Positions 7,799-14,790 of a stretch of DNA of 57,546 nt are shown here, one piece after another. The notes under the pieces were generated by a model. That model saw only the letters and a program-made list of their open reading frames with translations. It did no database searches and was not told the origin of the DNA. Made by a program: the position numbers and the translations under genes. Numbering within the stretch: the stretch's first letter is position 1; each line of letters opens with the position of its first letter. Origin of the DNA: a virus (lineage: Duplodnaviria > Caudoviricetes); IMG/VR virus record IMGVR_UViG_3300046171_000107, positions 1 to 57,546 of that record. One strand, given 5' to 3'.

Positions 7799-7959
7799 GC
7801 CGCCTGTATTTCGGCGGAGCGTTCAACGGCTTCACGGCTAAATTGGCCTTCTGCCGCGATCCGTGATGCGTAGAGCGAGACCACCTGATTGAGGTGTTGA
7901 ACGGCTGTTTGCCAGTCCATCGCCCGTGCCTTCTCATTTACGATATCAGATTTCTTCAT
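7774..7959 (-). CDS. Hypothetical protein
   Basis: AGGA Shine-Dalgarno and operon context. Confidence 0.65.
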   Translation of the reverse strand: MKKSDIVNEKARAMDWQTAVQHLNQVVSLYASRIAAEGQFSREAVERSAEIQAAWQRIQRG

Positions 7960-8089
7960 TTTTGTCTTCCTTTACATAGAATTGGATTTCGACGAGCCCT
8001 TCTTCGGTTCGGCTACAATGCCAGACATCCTGATGGAGGTTTTCAAACAAAAGCAGATACAGTTCTTCGCGAGTTAGTTCTTTAATCAT
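7946..8089 (-). CDS. 47-aa hypothetical protein (MIKELTREELYLLLFENLHQDVW...), not in ORF track
   Basis: GGGAG Shine-Dalgarno and a consensus promoter immediately upstream. Confidence 0.7.
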   Translation of the reverse strand: MIKELTREELYLLLFENLHQDVWHCSRTEEGLVEIQFYVKEDKNEEI

Positions 8090-8121
8090 CTTATTCTCCC
8101 GTAGTTATATAAGATAACTCC

Positions 8122-8150
8122 TATATAGACTTACTACTACATATTGTCAA
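8122..8150 (-). promoter_or_regulatory. Sigma70-type promoter
   Basis: TTGACA-17 nt-TATATA on the minus strand. Confidence 0.8.
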
Positions 8151-8155
8151 CAAGT

Positions 8156-8225
8156 AAAAAAAGACCCCCAGAGCCTGAACTCTGAGGGTCTCACTACGGG
8201 AATGTAAAGCTTGGGGGCTCTACAA
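8156..8225 (-). ncRNA. Candidate trans-acting antisense sRNA (seed UUCCCGUAGU plus terminator)
   Basis: Promoter TTGCAA-16-TATATT (8258-8231), no ORF, seed at 8193-8202, 11-bp terminator stem (8163-8190) and a U7 tail. Seed is complementary to six RBS boxes. Confidence 0.7.
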
Positions 8226-8329
8226 ACCCTAATATAAGCGACTGTATGGGAATTGCAACATATATTTGGGTAATTTAATGGATTATTTTTGCTTAACTTT
8301 TGAATTAAATTAAGTCTTTAGCACGGGAG

Positions 8330-8749
8330 GTGTTTTTGGGGGCTTTTGAAGCGGGTAAACTTGGTGAGTATATCTGTGCGTCGCGGTTGATGAAGTTAGG
8401 TGTTTCCTGCGAAGTAGTCAATTTAGACACAGTGGACATTGTGGCTTATGTCGATCAGCGGCTGATCCGCATACAGGTGAAATCTAGCGTTTTAAAAAAG
8501 CACGGCAAGTCGCTGGGGTATCAGTTTGCTACCAGCATGGGCGGCAGAAAAAAGCCGCTCACTGTAGAGCATTGCGATATAGTGGCTCTTGTGGCTACTG
8601 ATTGTGAACGGGTGCTGTTTAAGCCCGTAGAATGTTTAAAGGGGCAGGTTACTAAGCGTATCCTGCCCCGTAAATTTGATAGAGACGACTTAGAATATAA
8701 GTCTTGGCATCACTGCATGGATTATCTCAATCAAGATCGTCAGGGTTGA
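8330..8749 (+). CDS. PD-(D/E)XK endonuclease (group I intron-associated / I-Ssp6803I-like)
   Basis: G.LGE...L...D.V....RIQVKS motif; GGAGG Shine-Dalgarno with GTG start. Confidence 0.75.
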   Translation: MFLGAFEAGKLGEYICASRLMKLGVSCEVVNLDTVDIVAYVDQRLIRIQVKSSVLKKHGKSLGYQFATSMGGRKKPLTVEHCDIVALVATDCERVLFKPVECLKGQVTKRILPRKFDRDDLEYKSWHHCMDYLNQDRQG

Positions 8750-9062
8750 TCCAGCCCTTTTCTAAGGCGTCCAACAGTTCGTCGTCAGATAGTCGGTCAA
8801 TGGCTGACGCCGAATACATTTTCTTTTTTTGGCGGCGTTTTGCCACTACTTGTTTTTGGACGGGTTTTGCCACTACTTGCGCTTCGGTAGGTGGTTCTAC
8901 ATCCACTACCTTTTTAATATCCGCTGATACCTCAATTGTGGCATAACGGTGGCTACATTTAAGACACTCCCTGTTCCGGCGAATTGTGCCGTCGTCCGTG
9001 GGTCGCGAGTTGTAGACCTTACTCTTTGATTTGCATTTTGGACATATCACGATAGTCTCCAA
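8727..9062 (-). CDS. NrdR-like N-terminal zinc-ribbon protein lacking the ATP-cone
   Basis: CPKC...SKVYNSR....TIRRNRECLKCSHRYATIE matches the NrdR Zn ribbon. Confidence 0.75.
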   Translation of the reverse strand: METIVICPKCKSKSKVYNSRPTDDGTIRRNRECLKCSHRYATIEVSADIKKVVDVEPPTEAQVVAKPVQKQVVAKRRQKKKMYSASAIDRLSDDELLDALEKGWINPDDLD

Positions 9063-9204
9063 TAGTTAGTAGGCAGACCTTACAGGTTACTGACCCGTCG
9101 TCCGCGGGCTCTGGCAGGTTAATCAGGCACTTTGGGCATCTGCCCGCGTCTAACGCCTTTTGTATTACACCAGCATCCCCGAAGGGTTCCCTATTCTTCG
9201 TCAT
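9019..9204 (-). CDS. Small Zn-ribbon protein
   Basis: CPKC...CKVC. Confidence 0.65.
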   Translation of the reverse strand: MTKNREPFGDAGVIQKALDAGRCPKCLINLPEPADDGSVTCKVCLLTIGDYRDMSKMQIKE

Positions 9205-9355
9205 TTTCGACCTCCCCTGACCCGCCGCAGAGTTCGCACTCCATCATACGGCCTTCTAGCCAGCCGCCGCGCCATGCCATAGGGGCGGGGACAGCGACTT
9301 CATATTCACACTGTCCCTCACCCCCGCACTCAGGGCAAGTAATATACTCAGGCAC
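9191..9355 (-). CDS. 54-aa DnaJ-type Zn-finger protein, not in ORF track
   Basis: GTG start; CPECGGEG...CELCGGSG (two CxxCxGxG repeats). Confidence 0.75.
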   Translation of the reverse strand: MPEYITCPECGGEGQCEYEVAVPAPMAWRGGWLEGRMMECELCGGSGEVENDEE

Positions 9356-9758
9356 GGCCTAGATCCCTCTGGCGTTGATACCAATTACGGTTGTGCTGTT
9401 TTACGCGCTCATTATTATTTTTGTTCCAATGCTTTTTGGAGCATTTCTTTGAACAAAACTTGCGCTGTTGACCCGTGAGCCGCGTTCCGCAGTTCGCGCA
9501 GTTTTTTCTGCCGTTCTTGCGCTTTTTAATTGGTGCGCGTTCCGGCATTGACACGACATTAGTAGGCGGGGCAGGTTCTGCGGCCTGTTTTTTAGCCTTT
9601 TCCCTAGCAAGGGCTTCGGCTACTTCGCCTTCAATTTCATAACGGAGCAAGATAGCCCGTGCGCCCAGCATTTCCATCGTGCGACGGCTCACGGCTCCTG
9701 TTTCGTCATACTCGTGCAGAACAAACTGCAAGGCATAAAGTGTATTGTGCTTTTCCAT
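9348..9758 (-). CDS. Hypothetical protein with C-terminal treble-clef Zn finger
   Basis: CANCG...RKFCSKKC; GGGAG Shine-Dalgarno. Confidence 0.75.
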   Translation of the reverse strand: MEKHNTLYALQFVLHEYDETGAVSRRTMEMLGARAILLRYEIEGEVAEALAREKAKKQAAEPAPPTNVVSMPERAPIKKRKNGRKNCANCGTRLTGQQRKFCSKKCSKKHWNKNNNERVKQHNRNWYQRQRDLGRA

Positions 9759-9838
9759 TCCGGTCTCCCGTATAAGAGTTGATAGAAATTATCCCATACC
9801 ATAGGTAAAAAAAGAGGTCAACTACATATAGTAGTTGA

Positions 9839-9997
9839 CTACTTATTTTTTAAATATTCGATACGGGTTTCTTTATAGACTTCCCACATAATGCGAAGTT
9901 GGCCGCTAATCGTGCGGCCTTCTGCTTTTGCGATTGTCTTTATCTGCTCGTAGACCTCTATCGGCACGAGAACAGACTTCCATTTGGTGATATCCAT
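9839..9997 (-). CDS. 52-aa ribbon-helix-helix (Arc/CopG-like) DNA-binding protein, not in ORF track
   Basis: MDITKWKSVLVPIEVYEQIKTIAKAEGRTISGQLRIMWEVYK...: beta strand, helix, G-R-T/S turn, helix. Confidence 0.75.
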   Translation of the reverse strand: MDITKWKSVLVPIEVYEQIKTIAKAEGRTISGQLRIMWEVYKETRIEYLKNK

Positions 9998-10061
9998 TAA
10001 ATTTATCCCAATATATTGTGTTCTGTAAGCGAATATATAGGAGATATAGTATTAAGGCAAG

Positions 10062-10093
10062 CAAAAATGTGGCTCTAGGCAATGCCTAGAGCC
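10062..10093 (-). terminator. Rho-independent terminator
   Basis: GGCTCTAGGC-att-GCCTAGAGCC followed by acatttttg. Confidence 0.75.
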
Positions 10094-10118
10094 GAGTTTA
10101 GGGAGGAAATGCGTAAAA

Positions 10119-10205
10119 CTACTTACTTTTGAGTTGGTAAATGATAATAAGCATCAGGGCTATCTGAATAGCGTCGATCCAAGGAACCCCAAAACCCGTT
10201 GTCAT
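10119..10205 (-). CDS. 28-aa membrane micropeptide (MTTGFGVPWIDAIQIALMLIIIYQLKSK)
   Basis: Starts 2 nt after the pol stop; single TM helix with a basic tail. Confidence 0.6.
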   Translation of the reverse strand: MTTGFGVPWIDAIQIALMLIIIYQLKSK

Positions 10206-10206
10206 A

Positions 10207-12099
10207 TCATTCCGCCTCTCCCCAGCTTGGGCCGATCTCGACGTCACACTTGCTGGGTATCTCTAATGGTACAGCATTTTCCATAATTTTGGCAATACTT
10301 TCTGCATCTTCACGATTTTTCACAGAAATTGCTATCTCATCGTGGATTTGAATGAGCGGGGTGCGCTCTTGTTCATAAATATTCACCATTGCTTGCTTTG
10401 TCATGTCTGCGGCGGACGCTTGGATAAGCCTGTTCAGGGCTTTGTAGGTGTATGCCCGCTTCAAACGGGTGGTCTCACCGTATTCTTTGACGGCATCTTG
10501 GTAGGGCAGAGCCTTATTCATGGCGAATGTATCGGGCTCCCAGAGGTCAAAACGGCACTTTCTGCCCAGTATAGAGCGGACAGAGCCGCTTGAGCCGCGG
10601 TCGTTGAGCCGCGCTTGGACGCCATTCATCAGGCCTTTAACAAAGGGGACACGCTCATGGTACTGACGGACTAGGCCTTTGGCTTCATCTACATCAATAT
10701 CTAGCTGGTCAGACAGTTTGTTCACCCCCATGCCATACATCATGCCAAGATTGATTGTCTTTGCCTGTTTGCGCGGGATCGACGCCATTTCTGCCACCAT
10801 CGTATGGAAGTCCATATTGGGGTCGTTGCGGTAGGCATCGACAAATTCTTCGACGCCAGCCATCTGCTTGCCGCGGGATTTGCCATATACATATGAGTAA
10901 TGCACCAAGATGCGTGGTTCCTGTTGCGAGAAATCAATCGCCGCCCACTGTTCCCCCTCTTCCGGCAGGAACAGGCTACGGATCATCGGGCCAAGTTCTG
11001 GGTCGCGGGCAGGGATTTGCTGCAAATTGGGGTTGGACATGGATATGCGCCCCGATACCGTGCCGCCGTCATCGGAGCGGATCTGGTTGATATGCCCGTG
11101 GATACGCCCGTCACTACGGCAATGCTTCATAATCGTGTTGATAAAGGTGCCGCTGGTCTTGTTCAAGTTGCGGGCTTTAACAATTAGCTGAGCCAGTTCA
11201 TGCGGATGGTCTGCAAGAAATGATTTCGTAAAAGACGGTGCGCCTTTTTCTGTGCGCGGGTAGGCAATGCTTAATTTATCAAAGGCCTTGGCTATTGACG
11301 CCGCCGCCCAGAGCTCTACATCAGAACCAGCCACGGATTTAATCCGTTTGATAACCTCTTTTTCCTGCTTAATTAAATAATTTCTGGTGCGCTCGACACG
11401 GTCTTGGTCAACGCGGACGCCGCGCCATGTCATGTCGATCAGGCAGGGCAGGAGTTTTAGTTCGAGTTCGGCGATAGGCCAGAGGTCTTCTTTAGTCAGT
11501 TGCGTAGACAAGTGATTCCACAAGTCGAGCGTGATTTCTGCGTCGTTCTGGGCATACGGCCCGACATACATAGCGGGCATCTTCCACATCTCAGCTTTTG
11601 GGTCGAGCCCGAACTCGCGGGCGGCCTCCTGTAGTGTCTTCTCTGTTTTAATTTTGCCCAGAAGGTCGTAACAGAGGCTGTTCAGGCTGTAACTGAAGCG
11701 GTTCTCGTCGAGTAGCGCGGCGATTAGCATCGTGTCGATGATTTTGCCGTTTAGCGTGAAGCCCATACGGCGTATCCAGCCCGCATCATATTGTGCGTTG
11801 TGCATGATCTTGTCGGCGGGGCACTCAAATACTTTCTTGAGCCATTTGTTGACGATGCGTTCGTCGAGATTGCCGCCACCAAGGTGGCGGATCGGGATAT
11901 ATCCTGCCCAATCCGCTACCGCGATAGCGTAGCCCACTACCTCACCATCTCCCGTAGGCCATCCGGGGCCGTTTGTCTTGATGTTTGGGTCGCGGGTCTC
12001 GACATCTATAGCAATTTGCTTTGCATCAAAGATGTCGGGTAGCTCTGCGGGTGGCACCCATTCACTCTTGGGGCCGAACATGGTCATCTGTAGTGCCAT
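10207..12099 (-). CDS. polA: Family A DNA polymerase with 3'-5' exonuclease
   Basis: DVET, HNAQYD, YAQND exonuclease motifs; DFSQQEPR, KTINLGMMYG, IHDE polymerase motifs; start coupled TGATG. Confidence 0.95.
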   Translation of the reverse strand: MALQMTMFGPKSEWVPPAELPDIFDAKQIAIDVETRDPNIKTNGPGWPTGDGEVVGYAIAVADWAGYIPIRHLGGGNLDERIVNKWLKKVFECPADKIMHNAQYDAGWIRRMGFTLNGKIIDTMLIAALLDENRFSYSLNSLCYDLLGKIKTEKTLQEAAREFGLDPKAEMWKMPAMYVGPYAQNDAEITLDLWNHLSTQLTKEDLWPIAELELKLLPCLIDMTWRGVRVDQDRVERTRNYLIKQEKEVIKRIKSVAGSDVELWAAASIAKAFDKLSIAYPRTEKGAPSFTKSFLADHPHELAQLIVKARNLNKTSGTFINTIMKHCRSDGRIHGHINQIRSDDGGTVSGRISMSNPNLQQIPARDPELGPMIRSLFLPEEGEQWAAIDFSQQEPRILVHYSYVYGKSRGKQMAGVEEFVDAYRNDPNMDFHTMVAEMASIPRKQAKTINLGMMYGMGVNKLSDQLDIDVDEAKGLVRQYHERVPFVKGLMNGVQARLNDRGSSGSVRSILGRKCRFDLWEPDTFAMNKALPYQDAVKEYGETTRLKRAYTYKALNRLIQASAADMTKQAMVNIYEQERTPLIQIHDEIAISVKNREDAESIAKIMENAVPLEIPSKCDVEIGPSWGEAE

Positions 12100-12200
12100 C
12101 AATCTTTCCTTACTGTGGCCATTTCCTTGCCACATTTAATGAGCACCCAGCCTTGGGCTAGGTACTCTTCCAAATGTTGTATCGGGATGAAGCGAACCAT
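12099..12200 (-). CDS. 33-aa hypothetical protein (MVRFIPIQHLEEYLAQGWVLIKCG...)
   Basis: Fills the gap with TAATG and TGATG overlaps on both sides. Confidence 0.65.
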   Translation of the reverse strand: MVRFIPIQHLEEYLAQGWVLIKCGKEMATVRKD

Positions 12201-12469
12201 TAGTCCTCTCCACCCAGTGCGCCGTAGCCGCAGATATCTACCCAGCTATCTTCATGTTCTGGGGTTACGACGAGCCGTGCCAATTTGACCGCCACCATAC
12301 ATTGGTAGACTTGCGAGACAGAAACCTCTTTGTCCAGAAGCACAGACCACATCTTGGCAATGCGCTCATGGTTTTCGTAGGCATCGCCATAGGCTTTGGC
12401 CCGTGGGCCGTTGACTAGGCTCTCTGCCTTATTAAGAATTTCTTCGCGTTTCATTGCCGAGCTCTTCAT
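12200..12469 (-). CDS. DUF6378-family protein
   Basis: R...YGD...N..RIA..WS...M...KLAR....H.DSWVDICGY. Confidence 0.8.
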   Translation of the reverse strand: MKSSAMKREEILNKAESLVNGPRAKAYGDAYENHERIAKMWSVLLDKEVSVSQVYQCMVAVKLARLVVTPEHEDSWVDICGYGALGGED

Positions 12470-12683
12470 CTAAATTTTGAATGTATCCCCCCCAAAATTC
12501 GTCAATGTCGATTTTTGTGCTGGGGCAGGTGTGGTAAAGCTTTTGTAACAAAGACGCCACCAAATTAGTGTGCGGTTTATGCCAGCCCACATCATTTAAT
12601 TTATGTTCCGCAAGAATGCGAAAAGGCACGGGATCATTAGGGTCTACATCATAATAGCCGTCTGGTTTCATAGTCATATCCAA
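12432..12683 (-). CDS. Hypothetical protein
   Basis: ORF in operon context. Confidence 0.55.
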   Translation of the reverse strand: MDMTMKPDGYYDVDPNDPVPFRILAEHKLNDVGWHKPHTNLVASLLQKLYHTCPSTKIDIDEFWGGYIQNLDEELGNETRRNS

Positions 12684-14203
12684 TAACTCCTGTTCGTGTC
12701 TTCGGGTTCAACCAAGTAGAGGTTCTGCTTGGTTCTGGTTACACCTACATAAAACACTCTATGCAGGTCATCTGGCGCGTGTTCCGCGGCGGATGCGGCG
12801 GCAGGAGACAAGTCTGTATATAGCACAACATTGTCTGCTTCGCCTCCTTTAGATCCGTGGATCGTGGACAATTCAATGCGGGGTATGGCGTTAAACTTTT
12901 CGCCGCGCCGCAGAAGAGCCGTGATGTACGCACGGTCGCTGTCGGGCAATTTATCCATTGCCTCGTGCCATATCATGTCGATAGTGGCTAGCAGGCCGTG
13001 GTTTTGTTGCAGTTCTTCTAGGCTGACTGTTTCGTCGTCATCTACAGCGGGTAATTTCTTAAATCCGCGCTTGACTCTGTCACCGACTGACATATAACTG
13101 TACACGGTTCGTGCGGCCTTTCCGGTTATTCGCTTGCCTTTTCTCATTTGTTCCCAGCCATTGACGGCTTCACTTAGTCTTTCTGAGATTGAGCGATAGC
13201 CTTTCCGGCTAAAAAGGAATCCACGGCTTTTCAAGTCTTCCGCAGTGGAGTCAAGAAAGTATCCGGCTTGAGCCAGCACGAGCCACGAACCCTCAGAAAA
13301 ATCTAGCTGTCCAGTATCTATGATGCGCTGTACTTTGCCTGCGTCTTTGCGTGGCAAGTAGGTCTTTGGTACGCGGCGTCTGATGCGTTGGACAATGCGC
13401 TCTGCTAGCGGATGTACGGTAGCAGGTACGCGGTAGGACTGCTCTAACACTTCGTAGCCGCCATTGAGGCCGATAAAGTGTTCGACATCGGCACCTGCCC
13501 AGCGGTAGATGGCTTGGTCGTCATCCCCAGCGCAGTAGATGCGGTCTGAGTGCTGTTCTAGCACATGAGCCACGTCCCACTGTAGGGGCGACAAGTCCTG
13601 CGCTTCGTCGATGAAAGTTATGGCTAGGCGGGGGCAGAACCCTGCGCCGTCACGCACAAACACTTCCAACATATCGGTGAAGTCGTAGAGGTTAAACCTG
13701 TTCTTATATTCCTGTAAGCCGTCGGCTACATATTTGACATAGCTCCACGACATCGACATTTGTGTCTCGTCATATTGTTGCCGCAAATCAACTTTGCGTA
13801 GGCGGGCGAGGTTAATCAGGCTGATTAGTGGGTTACTATTTTTGTTCAGGTCGAACAGTTCGTCGCCGCTGATCTGAGTTGCATCTACCCGCAAGTCAAT
13901 GCCGCCCAAGGCATGGCCTAGTTCTTTGTAGTGCTCTGCCTGCATGACCTGTTCTTGGCGAATACCGGACAACTTTAAGGCAAAACTGTGCAGAGTGCGG
14001 AACCACGGCAGTTGTGATTTATCTAGTTTGAAGCGAGTGCAAGCGCGTTCGACAGCCTCGTTAGCCGCTTGGCGGGTAAAGGCAAAGTAGCCGATATGAG
14101 CGGGGTTTACGCCTGCTTCTAACGCCTCGTCTACTTTGTTGAGCAGGGCGGTAGTCTTTCCTGTTCCGGGCGGGCCGTATATACGGAATATCTTAGTATC
14201 CAT
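12674..14203 (-). CDS. UvrD-like SF1 DNA helicase
   Basis: GPPGTGKT, TLHS, DEAQD, GDDDQAIY, QSYR, TIHGSKGGEAD, YVGVTR. Confidence 0.92.
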   Translation of the reverse strand: MDTKIFRIYGPPGTGKTTALLNKVDEALEAGVNPAHIGYFAFTRQAANEAVERACTRFKLDKSQLPWFRTLHSFALKLSGIRQEQVMQAEHYKELGHALGGIDLRVDATQISGDELFDLNKNSNPLISLINLARLRKVDLRQQYDETQMSMSWSYVKYVADGLQEYKNRFNLYDFTDMLEVFVRDGAGFCPRLAITFIDEAQDLSPLQWDVAHVLEQHSDRIYCAGDDDQAIYRWAGADVEHFIGLNGGYEVLEQSYRVPATVHPLAERIVQRIRRRVPKTYLPRKDAGKVQRIIDTGQLDFSEGSWLVLAQAGYFLDSTAEDLKSRGFLFSRKGYRSISERLSEAVNGWEQMRKGKRITGKAARTVYSYMSVGDRVKRGFKKLPAVDDDETVSLEELQQNHGLLATIDMIWHEAMDKLPDSDRAYITALLRRGEKFNAIPRIELSTIHGSKGGEADNVVLYTDLSPAAASAAEHAPDDLHRVFYVGVTRTKQNLYLVEPEDTNRSYWI

Positions 14204-14561
14204 CGGGTAACTCGTAACCGTGTTGAGCTAACTTTGTTTTAATCTCCCGCAGACTTACTTTGCCTAAGTTTGGTATCCTGCGAAGGTCGTTTGTTTTGGT
14301 GTATTCAACAAACTCCGCTAGGAACATCGGCGTGAGGTTTTCGTTACGTAGGCAGTTATACGTCCTGCGAGTCCATTGAATGTTGAAAACCCGAACAGGT
14401 GTTTCTGGAAAGTTTTTCTCAAGCTCGTTATCTTTGCCCACTTTTCTTACTATTTGGCGTACCCGCTCACGACTAATTGCATATTTATTGGCAATAGCTT
14501 GAAGCGTTCTCTTTTCTTCTACCCGTTCTCTGTAGATTTCCTGATTTCTAGTCAACATCAT
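14193..14561 (-). CDS. Sigma70 region 4 HTH fused to an RNA polymerase alpha-CTD-like domain
   Basis: TLQAIANKYAISRERVRQI (sigma4) plus RTYNCLRNE...LRRIPNLGKVSLREIK (alpha-CTD). Confidence 0.8.
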   Translation of the reverse strand: MMLTRNQEIYRERVEEKRTLQAIANKYAISRERVRQIVRKVGKDNELEKNFPETPVRVFNIQWTRRTYNCLRNENLTPMFLAEFVEYTKTNDLRRIPNLGKVSLREIKTKLAQHGYELPDGY

Positions 14562-14790
14562 ACAACTCCTCCACGTTGTTGACTCGCTTCACAAACAAAG
14601 GTGTGGTATCTCCCACCCATGCCCCGACTACGTTGTAGTACATAAAGTCCACAGCCTCATCTATGCTCATGTTGTCTCGCTCACATAGAATGGCTACGCA
14701 TTTATCAAAGTCATACACCACTATGGGGGGTTGCCCCGCCCTTTCTCCCATGCCGATAACGGCATCATTAAATCCGTCCGCTAGTAACAT
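14548..14790 (-). CDS. Conserved phage hypothetical protein
   Basis: ADGF.DA.IG...VYD...EA.DF..YNV.GAWVG..TP pattern. Confidence 0.75.
   Translation of the reverse strand: MLLADGFNDAVIGMGERAGQPPIVVYDFDKCVAILCERDNMSIDEAVDFMYYNVVGAWVGDTTPLFVKRVNNVEELYDVD

Noticed and set aside
8193-8202. CTACGGGAG boxes resemble 16S rRNA sequence around position 340 and a cUACGg tetraloop
   Set aside because: No flanking rRNA homology and no stem to close the tetraloop; antisense pairing explains the motif better
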